Assembly (NCBI GenBank): GCA_038062115.1
Contig: JBBTXS010000001.1
Span: 10,607-74,606 of the forward strand
Length of the DNA: 64,000 nt
Origin: Patescibacteria group bacterium
GTDB taxonomy: Bacteria > Patescibacteriota > Microgenomatia > Levybacterales > UBA12049
Reading direction: 5' to 3'
Part shown: one piece after another, positions 1-8,002 of the stretch
How the letters are laid out: the number at the start of each line of letters is the position of its first letter
Numbering within the stretch: the stretch's first letter is position 1
Notes under the pieces: model-generated
The model's database searches: none
What the model was told of the DNA's origin: nothing
What the model saw: only the letters and a program-made list of their open reading frames with translations
Position numbers and translations under genes: made by a program

Positions 1-701
1 GGCAAATGATACTGCGCACGATTGATCTTTTGGAGAACTTGAAGATTAGTCCTATAATTGTAGTAGTGGGGTTTGCGAAGAAATCAGTGACTGATCTTTT
101 GGGACAAAGAGTTGTCTTTGTGGATCAAAAGAAAAGGTTGGGTACTGCCCACGCTGTAAAATGTGCGTTAAAATATTTGCCTAGACATGTAACCGATGTT
201 CTAGTTTTAAATGGAGACGATTCGGCTTTTTACGAGGGGGAAACAATTATAAATCTGATTAAAGTTCACCAAAAGAAAAATACAGAGGTTACATTTCTAA
301 CTATTGAACTTGATAATCCATCCGGACTTGGTAGGATAATAAGGGACGATAAAGAACAACTTCTTGCGATTATCGAGGATAAAGATGCGTCTTTACAGCA
401 GAAAAAAATAGAGGAAATTAACCCAGGATGTTATTTGTTCAAGGTATCTTTTTTACGTAAATATTTAAGAAAAATTAAGAAGAGTAAAACAACAGACGAA
501 TACTATCTTACAAGACTTGTAGATATTGCTGCAGCAAATAATGAAAAGATAGAAACTTTAAGGGGAGGAAAAATCCCGTGGAGAGGGATAAATACGCCTT
601 TGGAATTAAAAGAAGCAGAAAGATTCTATTTTCAGCACTCCACCTCCGAGGAGTCGCTTCGCAACACCTCGGAGGTGACCGAATGGGCTCCTCCGAGGTG
701 A
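1..701 (+). CDS. Sugar-1-phosphate nucleotidylyltransferase domain protein (GlmU N-terminal-domain-like), probably 5'-partial at window edge
   Basis: ORF 6..701 has no in-frame stop before the window edge. It lacks the N-terminal glycine-rich loop expected for this fold and starts in the region equivalent to the first beta-alpha unit. LGTAHA and VLNGDD motifs are typical of NTP-transferase domains. The last ~21 codons (HSTSEESLRNTSEVTEWAPPR) are encoded by a palindromic repeat. Confidence 0.7.
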   Translation, partial: QMILRTIDLLENLKISPIIVVVGFAKKSVTDLLGQRVVFVDQKKRLGTAHAVKCALKYLPRHVTDVLVLNGDDSAFYEGETIINLIKVHQKKNTEVTFLTIELDNPSGLGRIIRDDKEQLLAIIEDKDASLQQKKIEEINPGCYLFKVSFLRKYLRKIKKSKTTDEYYLTRLVDIAAANNEKIETLRGGKIPWRGINTPLELKEAERFYFQHSTSEESLRNTSEVTEWAPPR

Positions 702-712
702 ACATCGGAGGA
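641..712. repeat. GC-rich double-hairpin palindromic element (MITE/REP-like)
   Basis: CACCTCCGAGG (641-651) pairs perfectly with CCTCGGAGGTG (667-677). TCCTCCG (689-695) pairs with CGGAGGA (706-712). The element is GC-rich in AT-rich DNA and sits between two ORFs. Confidence 0.6.
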
Positions 713-1374
713 TGATACTTAGAGTTAATTGTATGTACAGACAGTTTGAAAAAGAAAATTTCTTTGATTTATCAAATTTTGAGTTTAGGGACATTTTCGA
801 TAATGTAAATTTTGTCTGGGAAGCAATACCAAAGATTGAGAACTACATAAATTCCCTTTTTCAAAAAAGAATTCTTGTTGGGAATTATAAAGATAAAAAA
901 AATGTTTTCGTTGGGGAGGGTTCAATTGTTATGAGTGAGGCTCTAATCGATGGTCCTGCGATAATTGGGAAAAATTGTGTGATTGGACATGCTAGTTATT
1001 TAAGGCAAAATTGTTTATTTGGAGATAATGTGCAAATAGGTCATGGGTCGGAGATCAAAAATTCAATATTTTTAAATAACGCTAGGGCAGCGCACCTTAA
1101 TTATATTGGAGATAGCATTATTGGTAATAATGTCAACATTTCAGGAGGAGCAATGGTAGCAAATTACAGGTTGGATAAACAGCCGGTTGGTGTTCACGCT
1201 GGAAATCAATGGATTGAAACTGGTCTTCAAAAATTCGGCGCAATCATTGGAGATAGCTCAAATATTGGAGCAAACGCAGTTCTTAATCCAGGGACAATTT
1301 TAGAAAAAAAAACGATTGTTTATCCTTTAACTTCTGTAAAAGGAGTACACAAAAATAATGATACCATCAGATAA
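712..1374 (+). CDS. Left-handed beta-helix (hexapeptide-repeat) acyltransferase, GlmU C-terminal-domain-like
   Basis: The ORF shows repeated hexapeptide pattern (IGKNCVIGHASYL, GDNVQIGHGSEI, IGDSIIGNNVNISGG, IGDSSNIGANAVL). A GAGGTG SD-like sequence lies 11 nt upstream of ATG 712. ATG 733 is an alternative start. Confidence 0.75.
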   Translation: MILRVNCMYRQFEKENFFDLSNFEFRDIFDNVNFVWEAIPKIENYINSLFQKRILVGNYKDKKNVFVGEGSIVMSEALIDGPAIIGKNCVIGHASYLRQNCLFGDNVQIGHGSEIKNSIFLNNARAAHLNYIGDSIIGNNVNISGGAMVANYRLDKQPVGVHAGNQWIETGLQKFGAIIGDSSNIGANAVLNPGTILEKKTIVYPLTSVKGVHKNNDTIR

Positions 1375-2050
1375 TAATTTTTCAGCCGTTATTCTCTTTG
1401 ATATTGATTATACCTTGTTTGCTGCAAACAAATTTAGAAGAAAAATATTTAAGGCAATAAAAAAAAATATAGCATACAATAAAATCAACAATATAGACAG
1501 GGTGTTAAAAAATGCATATATTGCTTCTAGAGAAGATACTGGTTATTTTAGGCTTAGGCCATTTTTAGAAAATCTTTCGACAAAATTAAAAACAAAAGTT
1601 TCCTCCGACGCTTTGGAAAAAACAATCCTTAAAGAAAACATTATTACAGGGAATCTTTACGAAGGAGCAAAGAAAGTTTTGCATACGCTTTCAAAAAATA
1701 AGCTACTTAGAATTGGTATATTCTCTGGAGGAGAGTATGCGTTTCAAAGGAAAAAAATTAGACAAATTGAAGACTTTCTGCACAAGGAACATATTCACAT
1801 TTTTACTTCTAGAAAACGTAAAGAATTACCTTACATTGTTGATAAATATAAAAAATACAAGTTATACATTGTCGATGACGTTCTTGAAGTATTGCATACA
1901 GCTAAATCACTTAATAAAAATATATTTACCATCTGGATTAAGAGAAGAAGATTTGCAAAAGAAAAGGAAATAATCCCTGGTTTTACGCCAGAGGCAATAA
2001 TAAAAAATTTAAGAGAGGTTATTGATATTGTAGGGAGGAATTTTCAATGA
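1358..2050 (+). CDS. HAD-superfamily hydrolase (putative)
   Basis: The N-terminal motif ILFDIDYTLF (DxDxT) and the C-terminal VDD motif fit a HAD hydrolase. It overlaps the upstream gene by 17 nt. Confidence 0.55.
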   Translation: MIPSDNNFSAVILFDIDYTLFAANKFRRKIFKAIKKNIAYNKINNIDRVLKNAYIASREDTGYFRLRPFLENLSTKLKTKVSSDALEKTILKENIITGNLYEGAKKVLHTLSKNKLLRIGIFSGGEYAFQRKKIRQIEDFLHKEHIHIFTSRKRKELPYIVDKYKKYKLYIVDDVLEVLHTAKSLNKNIFTIWIKRRRFAKEKEIIPGFTPEAIIKNLREVIDIVGRNFQ

Positions 2051-2060
2051 TCAAATTATT

Positions 2061-2085
2061 CTACAAATCCACCCCAAGGGTGGAC
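2061..2085. repeat. 25-nt repeat containing a 7-bp hairpin (copy 1 of 2)
   Basis: CTACAAATCCACCCCAAGGGTGGAC is identical to 10604-10628. The stem is TCCACCC/GGGTGGA at 2068-2084. It lies 11 nt after a stop codon. Confidence 0.7.
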
Positions 2086-2159
2086 GTTATTCACTTTGCT
2101 GAGTCTGCTTCTTGACTGATTGGTTGTTTTGTGATTAGCTTAAATAGGGTCAGCAATTT

Positions 2160-2588
2160 ATGTTTGATTCGTTTGCTATCAAATACCAAAAATTTGCTCC
2201 AGTTTTTTTACGTATAGGTTTAGCTTTATTATTTGTTCTATTTGGACTTCAAAAGTTATTGCATCCTAGTCAAACTACTGCTGAGATACAGTTGCTCACA
2301 AATTTCGAATTGGTAGATGCTGCGGCTTTAAATTTTTATTTGGGACTCCTTGAGCTTTTCGTTGCAGCATCTTTTTTACTTGGTTTCAAAGTAAGATTAT
2401 TTGCTCTAATTTCTTTTTTACTAGTTGCCATGTTCTTCCTTTCGTTTCTGAGTCGGTATGGCGTATCACTAAATCCAGATTTGTATCGCGATGTAGGATT
2501 GGTAGGGGCATCAATAGCATTATTCTTACTAGGAGCAGGACCTCTAAGCCTTGATAACCCTTCCAATAAAAAAGAAAGTAATGAATAA
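2160..2588 (+). CDS. DoxX-family membrane protein
   Basis: A small protein of four predicted TM helices. The N-terminal pattern FLRIGLALLFVLFGLQKL resembles DoxX/DoxD-like proteins. Confidence 0.55.
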   Translation: MFDSFAIKYQKFAPVFLRIGLALLFVLFGLQKLLHPSQTTAEIQLLTNFELVDAAALNFYLGLLELFVAASFLLGFKVRLFALISFLLVAMFFLSFLSRYGVSLNPDLYRDVGLVGASIALFLLGAGPLSLDNPSNKKESNE

Positions 2589-3060
2589 ATATCTTGGTTT
2601 AGCTTTGTTTAGTGTATTCTTACTGGCAAGTGGATTTATCTATCAGGCATACTATCGTCCCGCTAGTATTGAAAGGATTAAGTCTACGGGTAAAGCAGTA
2701 TTTATTAACATGCGGGTCATAAAGAATCATTGGAAGTGGGATCCTGATACAATAAAAGTTAAACCTGGAGATAAGATAGTCCTAAACATTTATAACGAAG
2801 ACACATATGACCATGGGTTTGCAATAGATGTATTCGGGGTTAATCGCAGGTTATTTCCCCAAACTACAACTGTGGTTGAATTTACGCCTTCTTTGGTTGG
2901 CAAATTTAATTTTTATTGTTCAGTGCCCTGCGGAGAGGGTCATTATGACCAAATTGGTACTCTTATTGTGGGAGACGGACATGTTAGATCAGGTATATAT
3001 CCTAATAAGAACTTTGCATGTAGTACGACTAATAAAATGGTGCATTCTATGTCATTCTGA
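2581..3060 (+). CDS. Membrane-anchored cupredoxin-like copper-binding domain protein
   Basis: An N-terminal TM anchor is followed by a pattern typical of cupredoxin_1-type domains found next to Cu-ATPases: WDPDTIKVKPGDKIVLNIYNEDTYDHGF ... FYCSVPCGEGHYDQIGTLIV. The preferred start is ATG 2581 (the ORF track gives 2551). The C-terminal tail runs into a repeat element. Confidence 0.65.
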   Translation: MNKYLGLALFSVFLLASGFIYQAYYRPASIERIKSTGKAVFINMRVIKNHWKWDPDTIKVKPGDKIVLNIYNEDTYDHGFAIDVFGVNRRLFPQTTTVVEFTPSLVGKFNFYCSVPCGEGHYDQIGTLIVGDGHVRSGIYPNKNFACSTTNKMVHSMSF

Positions 3061-3101
3061 ACTTGATTCAGAATCTAGATTCCCGCTTTTGCGGGAATGA
3101 C
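3051..3101. repeat. GTCAT...ATGAC palindromic MITE-like element (short, two hairpins)
   Basis: Sequence: GTCATTCTGAA-CTTGA-TTCAGAATC-TAG-ATTCCCGC-TTTT-GCGGGAATGAC. The termini GTCATTC and GAATGAC are inverted. It sits between the cupredoxin gene and copA and supplies a spurious ATG at 3097. Confidence 0.65.
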
Positions 3102-3114
3102 GAAGGGTGTTTTT

Positions 3115-5571
3115 ATGAAAGAAAAGCCCCAATTTACTCAAAAACTCTATAGAATTCAGGGAATGCACTGCGCTTCCTGTGCTGTTTTAATTAACACAGT
3201 TCTACAAAAACAAAAAGGAGTAGAGTCTGTAAATGCAAGTTTTGGAGCTGAAAAACTTTCTATTTCATTTGATCCAAATGTTATACCCGAGGAAAAAGTA
3301 TTGGGTTTTGGTAAATCTTTGGGATACTCTTTTGTGTCGGAGGAGTCAAGAACTGAGGATGAATTTAAAAAAGAAAGGGATGCTCATATCAGAGAGCTTA
3401 GAAATAGAACTATTGTAAGTTTTCTTCTTTCAAGCCCTATTATTGCATATTATATGGCAGTTCACATGTTTAATCTTAAGCATGTCCACGCAATAATGGT
3501 TGGAAGTTTATTTATAGATTTAAACTGGATTTATTTACTAATGACAATTCCAGTTCAATTTTGGGTGGGATGGATTTTTTATAGAAGCGCCTGGACGGCA
3601 TTTAAGGTTGGTTCAACCTCGATGGACACGCTTGTAGTTTTGGGAACGAGTGCTGCATTTTTTTATAGTCTTATTGGCTTTCTGTTTTCAACTACCTATG
3701 GAAAGCTACAAACACTCTGGATAGGACTTGATCATCCTTTTTGGGAGTCATCTGCTGCTTTAATGTCGTTTTTAATTATGGGCCGCTTCCTTGAAGCTGT
3801 GTCTCGTGGAAAAGTTTCTGAGGCAGTAAGTAAATTGTTGCAGCTTGCACCAGAAAAAGCAATTTTACTTAAAAACGGTGAGGAAAAAGAAATTCTGGCG
3901 AGCGACTTAAAAAAAGACGATATATTTATTGTTAAGCCTGGAAGTAAAATTCCAACAGATGGAATAATTATTAAAGGCGAATCGGCATTGGACGAAAAAA
4001 TAGTAACAGGAGAATCAATGCCAGTCAATAAAAAAGTAAACGACGAAGTAATTGGGGGTACAGTAAATTCGTATGGATTGCTTCACTGTAAAGCAACTAA
4101 AGTTGGAAGCGAGACTTTACTACACCAAATAGTTAGAATGGTTCGCGAGGCTCAAGCAACAAGAGCACCGCTTCAACGCGTTGCAGACTGGATATCCGAA
4201 CGATTTGTGCCAACAGTTATAGTTTTAAGCCTTATCTCCTTTAACTATTGGTATTTTATAAAAGCAGACGGTTTTACTCCATCGCTTCTTTTTATGGTTG
4301 CAGCACTTATTATTTCTTGTCCATGTGCTTTGGGATTAGCAACTCCTATTGCTACTATGGTTGGTACAGCAAAAGGCGCTGAGTCTGGAATATTAATTAA
4401 AGGCGGAGAGGCTTTAGAAAAAGCGCATAAGATTACAGCGGTTGCGTTCGATAAGACAGGAACTTTAACAAAGGGAGAACCAGCTGTGACAGACGTCATT
4501 GCAATTAATTCCTCTGTCATTGCGAGGAGCGAAGCGACGAAGCAATCTCACGAGATTGCCACGGGTTCTTCGAGCCCTCGCAATGACATATTGAGGCTTG
4601 CTGCAGTTGCCGAGAGAGGTTCGGAACACCCCCTCGCTCAAGCTGTAGTTAAAAAAGCAAAAGAACTAAATTTAGAAGTTCCGGAGCCTGAAAACTTTAA
4701 AACAATTTCAGGGATGGGAGTTTCATCAGACTATAAAGGGAAACAAATTATGGTTGGGAATCAGCTTTTTATGGAGAAAGAAAGCATCAATATAAACGAG
4801 ATTGCTTCTGAGGTAAATAGACTTAGAGCTGAGGCAAAAACTGTGGTCTATGTTGCGTATGATAAAAAAGTTATTGGATGTGTTGCCCTTGCCGATACGC
4901 TCAAGAAACATTCTATTGCTGCGATAAATGCTCTAAAGAAGAGAAAAAAAGAAATAATTATGATTACTGGCGATAACGAACAGACTGCTCATGCAATTGG
5001 AAAGCAGTTGGGAATAGACAAGGTTTATGCCAATGTGTTGCCTGAGAAAAAAGAAGAACTTATTGAGTCTATTAAGAAAGAGGGTAAGGTAGTTGCTTTT
5101 GTTGGGGATGGGATAAATGATTCGCCAGCACTGGCCAAGAGTGACTTGGGTATTGCTGTTGGGTCTGGTACTGATGTTGCAATAGAGACTGGAGAAATAA
5201 TTCTTGTTCGCGATGATCTTCGAGATGTGGTTACAGCGATTGATCTTTCACAAAAGACAATCTATAAAATCTGGCAAAACTTTTTCTGGGCTTTTGTTTA
5301 TAATATAGTTGCGATTCCTATTGCTGCAGGACTGCATCTGGTATTTACTCGACACAGTGGGATTCCGGCGGGCTGGGTAACTTACCTCGGAGATGTTTAT
5401 TCTCTGATTCCAGTTATTGGCAATGAGGTTTCTTCTATTTGGCTAAATTTGTCCCAATCTGCTTTAAGGCCGGAAATCGCCGGATTTGCCATGGCATTTT
5501 CATCAGTCTCGGTTGTCCTCAACTCCCTTCTCCTTCGCCTCTACAAAAAACCAAAATTCGCGGATTCTTGA
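3115..5571 (+). CDS. copA: Copper-translocating P1B-type ATPase
   Basis: The protein carries an N-terminal HMA domain (GMHCASCA), the CPC motif (SCPCALGLATP), DKTGTLT, the HP motif (SEHPLA), TGDN and GDGINDSPAL. An SD-like AAGGG precedes ATG 3115. The ORF-track start at 3097 lies inside the repeat. Confidence 0.95.
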   Translation: MKEKPQFTQKLYRIQGMHCASCAVLINTVLQKQKGVESVNASFGAEKLSISFDPNVIPEEKVLGFGKSLGYSFVSEESRTEDEFKKERDAHIRELRNRTIVSFLLSSPIIAYYMAVHMFNLKHVHAIMVGSLFIDLNWIYLLMTIPVQFWVGWIFYRSAWTAFKVGSTSMDTLVVLGTSAAFFYSLIGFLFSTTYGKLQTLWIGLDHPFWESSAALMSFLIMGRFLEAVSRGKVSEAVSKLLQLAPEKAILLKNGEEKEILASDLKKDDIFIVKPGSKIPTDGIIIKGESALDEKIVTGESMPVNKKVNDEVIGGTVNSYGLLHCKATKVGSETLLHQIVRMVREAQATRAPLQRVADWISERFVPTVIVLSLISFNYWYFIKADGFTPSLLFMVAALIISCPCALGLATPIATMVGTAKGAESGILIKGGEALEKAHKITAVAFDKTGTLTKGEPAVTDVIAINSSVIARSEATKQSHEIATGSSSPRNDILRLAAVAERGSEHPLAQAVVKKAKELNLEVPEPENFKTISGMGVSSDYKGKQIMVGNQLFMEKESININEIASEVNRLRAEAKTVVYVAYDKKVIGCVALADTLKKHSIAAINALKKRKKEIIMITGDNEQTAHAIGKQLGIDKVYANVLPEKKEELIESIKKEGKVVAFVGDGINDSPALAKSDLGIAVGSGTDVAIETGEIILVRDDLRDVVTAIDLSQKTIYKIWQNFFWAFVYNIVAIPIAAGLHLVFTRHSGIPAGWVTYLGDVYSLIPVIGNEVSSIWLNLSQSALRPEIAGFAMAFSSVSVVLNSLLLRLYKKPKFADS
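4516..4587. repeat. GTCAT...ATGAC palindromic MITE-like element inserted in frame in copA
   Basis: The element is 72 nt (24 codons) with perfect 12-bp terminal inverted repeats GTCATTGCGAGG / CCTCGCAATGAC. An internal hairpin is GCAATCTC-AC-GAGATTGC. It encodes VIARSEATKQSHEIATGSSSPRND. Confidence 0.8.
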
Positions 5572-5611
5572 CAACCATGAGTCACGCCGTGTAGGTTAAC
5601 TGTTTTGTAAC

Positions 5612-5986
5612 ATGATTTTAAAGTCTAAAGACCGAGGAAAGTTTTTATCGCTTTTGCTAGCATTAAGCTTCTTTGGAATATTAGCAAGCGCGCCACAAGC
5701 AGTCGACCCTGATGTGATGTCGAGATTCCATGGTATGTTACCTGTATGGTATAGGTTATGGGTGACAATATACCTAGTTTCACAAATTGTAGTTCTTATC
5801 GGAATATGGAAGCGGAAAAGGTTTGCCGTATACGCATTTTTCCTTTTGAGCGGGATTCAGGTAGTGCTTATTAGTACCGCATTGAAACCAATTTACGATT
5901 CACATATCATTGCTATTGCTGTCTTTGCAATGTGGCAGGGTCTTTGGGTATGGGCAATCAAGCGTAAATGGCATATCTTTATTTAA
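5612..5986 (+). CDS. Hypothetical small membrane protein
   Basis: The ORF has four predicted hydrophobic helices and no motif I recognise. Confidence 0.4.
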   Translation: MILKSKDRGKFLSLLLALSFFGILASAPQAVDPDVMSRFHGMLPVWYRLWVTIYLVSQIVVLIGIWKRKRFAVYAFFLLSGIQVVLISTALKPIYDSHIIAIAVFAMWQGLWVWAIKRKWHIFI

Positions 5987-6174
5987 TAATTATGCATCTT
6001 TTAATAGCTCCTAGGTTTTGGGTTCACTATAGAACTAAAATTAATTTTAGTAAACATAATATGAATTATAGATGTTGTGTTTAAATATCAAAAAGGGTTT
6101 CGCGCAGATTTTGCTGGAGCAAAAATTGTGATGTTGTGTAAAGTTCTATATCATTTGAAAGGAATTTAAAAAAT

Positions 6175-6621
6175 ATGAGTAGTGAAAAATTTACATTATT
6201 ACACGCAGCGGTTTACTTTATGCTTATTAAAGATGGCAAAATACTTCTTGTTAGACGTTTTAATACTGGTTGGCAAGATGGAAAATATAGCCTTATCGCA
6301 GGACATCTTGAGAGGAATGAGACAGTTAAACAGGCAATGATAAGAGAAGCAAAAGAAGAAGCAGGAATTAATCTTAACCCAAAGGATTTACATATTGTAC
6401 ATACCATGCATAGGAAGTCTAAGGATGACCTTGAATATATTGATTTTTTCCTAAGTTGCGATACATGGCAAGGGAAGCCTAGGATAACAGAGCATGATAA
6501 ATGTGACGACATGCAATGGTTTTCTCTTAAAAACCTTCCTGAAGATACATTACGACACATAAGAAAAGCAATAGAAAGCTATTCAAATAAGATTTCATTT
6601 TCCGAGTTGGGTTTTGAATAA
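6175..6621 (+). CDS. NUDIX hydrolase
   Basis: The Nudix box is GHLERNETVKQAMIREAKEEAGI (GX5EX7REUXEEXGU). Confidence 0.85.
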   Translation: MSSEKFTLLHAAVYFMLIKDGKILLVRRFNTGWQDGKYSLIAGHLERNETVKQAMIREAKEEAGINLNPKDLHIVHTMHRKSKDDLEYIDFFLSCDTWQGKPRITEHDKCDDMQWFSLKNLPEDTLRHIRKAIESYSNKISFSELGFE

Positions 6622-6626
6622 TTAAT

Positions 6627-7109
6627 ATGCAAAGAAATATAGCTGTAGCGCTTGAGTGTTTTGTTAAAAAGGATGGAAAATACTTAATGCTTCATAGGAG
6701 TAAGAATAAGAAAATAATGCCAGATGTCTGGATGGCGCCTGGAGGAAAGAGAGAATTTAATGAAAGTTTGTTTGAGGCTGCTAGACGAGAGATTAAAGAG
6801 GAGACAGGACTTGAAATTAAAAATCTTCGAATCAAAGCAACGGGTAATGCGTATCTTAAAGATTTAGATCAAGAACTATATTTTCATTTTATAGTTGGTG
6901 ATTACGCTGGGGGAAAGCTCAAACAAAACTCTGAAGACGGAGAATTTATGTGGTTAACGCCTAAAGAAATATCAAAACTTAACAATCTACTTTCGGAAAT
7001 TCGTGAAGTTATGCCTTATATTTTTACTAATGATGACAAGGTCATTTCTTACAAGGCAGTATACGAAAAAGGAAATAAAATGGTCGACTTCCAAATTGAA
7101 AAACCTTAA
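6627..7109 (+). CDS. NUDIX hydrolase (second, tandem)
   Basis: The Nudix box is PGGKREFNESLFEAARREIKEETGL. Confidence 0.85.
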   Translation: MQRNIAVALECFVKKDGKYLMLHRSKNKKIMPDVWMAPGGKREFNESLFEAARREIKEETGLEIKNLRIKATGNAYLKDLDQELYFHFIVGDYAGGKLKQNSEDGEFMWLTPKEISKLNNLLSEIREVMPYIFTNDDKVISYKAVYEKGNKMVDFQIEKP

Positions 7110-7321
7110 AACCTGAGTCGTGAAATCTTCTCAAACACACTTGCCTTTATATGTTTCATAAATGTCAATTGCGACAACAGCCATACGCAACCTATTCCTA
7201 ATCCGAGGGTTATCGTTTGTAAAACATTTTGGAAAAAGTAACAGTTATTCATGGTTCTAAAACAGATATTAGCAATCTTTAAATAGTTTATCAAGTATCA
7301 ATTTTTTTTATTTTTTGAGGG

Positions 7322-7354
7322 TTGACAAAGAGGATAAAAGAGTTCTACTATAAT
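7322..7354 (+). promoter_or_regulatory. Sigma70-like promoter candidate for copZ operon
   Basis: TTGACA lies at 7322-7327. The -10 candidates are TACTAT (7346-7351, 18-nt spacer) and TATAAT (7349-7354, 21-nt spacer). A T-rich tract lies upstream. The ATG at 7363 has no SD, so the transcript may be leaderless. Confidence 0.4.
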
Positions 7355-7362
7355 TATGTAAG

Positions 7363-7584
7363 ATGCCAATAATTACAAAAAAAGCTCTTAATATAGAAGG
7401 CATGCATTGCAATTCCTGCGCATCGGGGATTCAGCTGGTTTTGCAAAACACAGACGGCGTTTTGAATGCAACTGCCAGTTATGATTCCAAAAAAGGCGAA
7501 GTTGAGTTTGACGAGGAAAAAACGAATTTGGAGAACATTGTTAAGTCAATCGAGCAACTGGGATATAAGGCGACGCCGCAGTAA
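7363..7584 (+). CDS. copZ: Heavy-metal-associated (HMA) copper chaperone
   Basis: A 73-aa protein with the GMHCNSCA metal-binding motif and ferredoxin-like HMA length. Confidence 0.85.
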   Translation: MPIITKKALNIEGMHCNSCASGIQLVLQNTDGVLNATASYDSKKGEVEFDEEKTNLENIVKSIEQLGYKATPQ

Positions 7585-7593
7585 ATGCGCGTT

Positions 7594-7669
7594 GTCATGC
7601 TGAATTTATTTCAGCATCTTGAAATAAGTAAAGGACTGCATCTAGACTCTGAAACAAGTTCAGGGTGAC
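7594..7669. repeat. GTCAT...GTGAC palindromic MITE-like element
   Basis: The termini are GTCATGCTGAA (left) and TTCAGGGTGAC (right), matching 9 of 11 as inverted repeats. Hairpins are ATGCTGAA-TTTA-TTCAGCAT and CTGAA-ACAAG-TTCAG. It is intergenic. Confidence 0.65.
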
Positions 7670-7685
7670 ACAAAGAGGATAAGTT

Positions 7686-8000
7686 ATGAAGTCTTTATTA
7701 AGTTTTTTCTCAACCACTAGTTTGTTGTTATTAACGCTTGCGGAGCCTGCTTTTGCAAATGGAGACAGTCACCCACCAGGAACTCCACACACAGAGGAAG
7801 CAACAAGTATAGATCCCGTAATAGTTGTTGGTATTGCAATAGTTTTGGTAATTGGCGGTTTTATACTTTGGAAATTTGTTCTTCATGGTCCTAAATCATC
7901 TTTACCTAATCAATTATCCTCGTCTGAAAAAACGCCACCTGTTCAGGAAAAAAATGTTTCTCAGAGCAATCTGGGTGATAATCCTCCAAAGAATGGATAG
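7686..8000 (+). CDS. Signal-peptide plus single-TM anchored protein with short His/Pro-rich ectodomain
   Basis: The ORF has a signal-like N-terminus ending AFA-NG, then GDSHPPGTPHTEE, a TM helix and a low-complexity tail. An SD (AGAGGA) lies 7 nt upstream. Confidence 0.5.
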   Translation: MKSLLSFFSTTSLLLLTLAEPAFANGDSHPPGTPHTEEATSIDPVIVVGIAIVLVIGGFILWKFVLHGPKSSLPNQLSSSEKTPPVQEKNVSQSNLGDNPPKNG

Positions 8001-8002
8001 AT

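Noticed and set aside
3097-3114. ORF-track start of copA at 3097
   Set aside because: This ATG is part of the ATGAC terminus of repeat 3051-3101. ATG 3115 has an SD-like AAGGG upstream and gives a normal HMA-domain N-terminus.
3732-4028. Antisense and alternative-frame ORFs inside long genes. Examples: 3732-4028, 4245-4520, 8549-8950, 8972-9277, 15149-15580, 21765-22211, 37354-37659, 39588-39890, 47468-47905, 56916-57308 and 63285-63662.
   Set aside because: Each lies wholly inside a gene with strong family motifs on the other strand or frame. They have no recognisable motifs and a low-complexity, odd composition, so they look like shadow ORFs.
6070-6153. Direct repeat GATGTTGTGT...ATATCA (6071-6090 and 6130-6153) upstream of the first NUDIX gene, considered as an operator pair
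   Set aside because: It is only a 10-nt core match in AT-rich DNA with no nearby regulator gene, so I cannot separate it from chance. It is noted only as a low-priority item.
7106-7294. 62-aa minus-strand ORF in the NUDIX-copZ spacer, considered as a possible small copper regulator
   Set aside because: It has no HTH, CsoR or CopY-like motif and an implausible composition. The region is better explained as the promoter and UP-element region for copZ.
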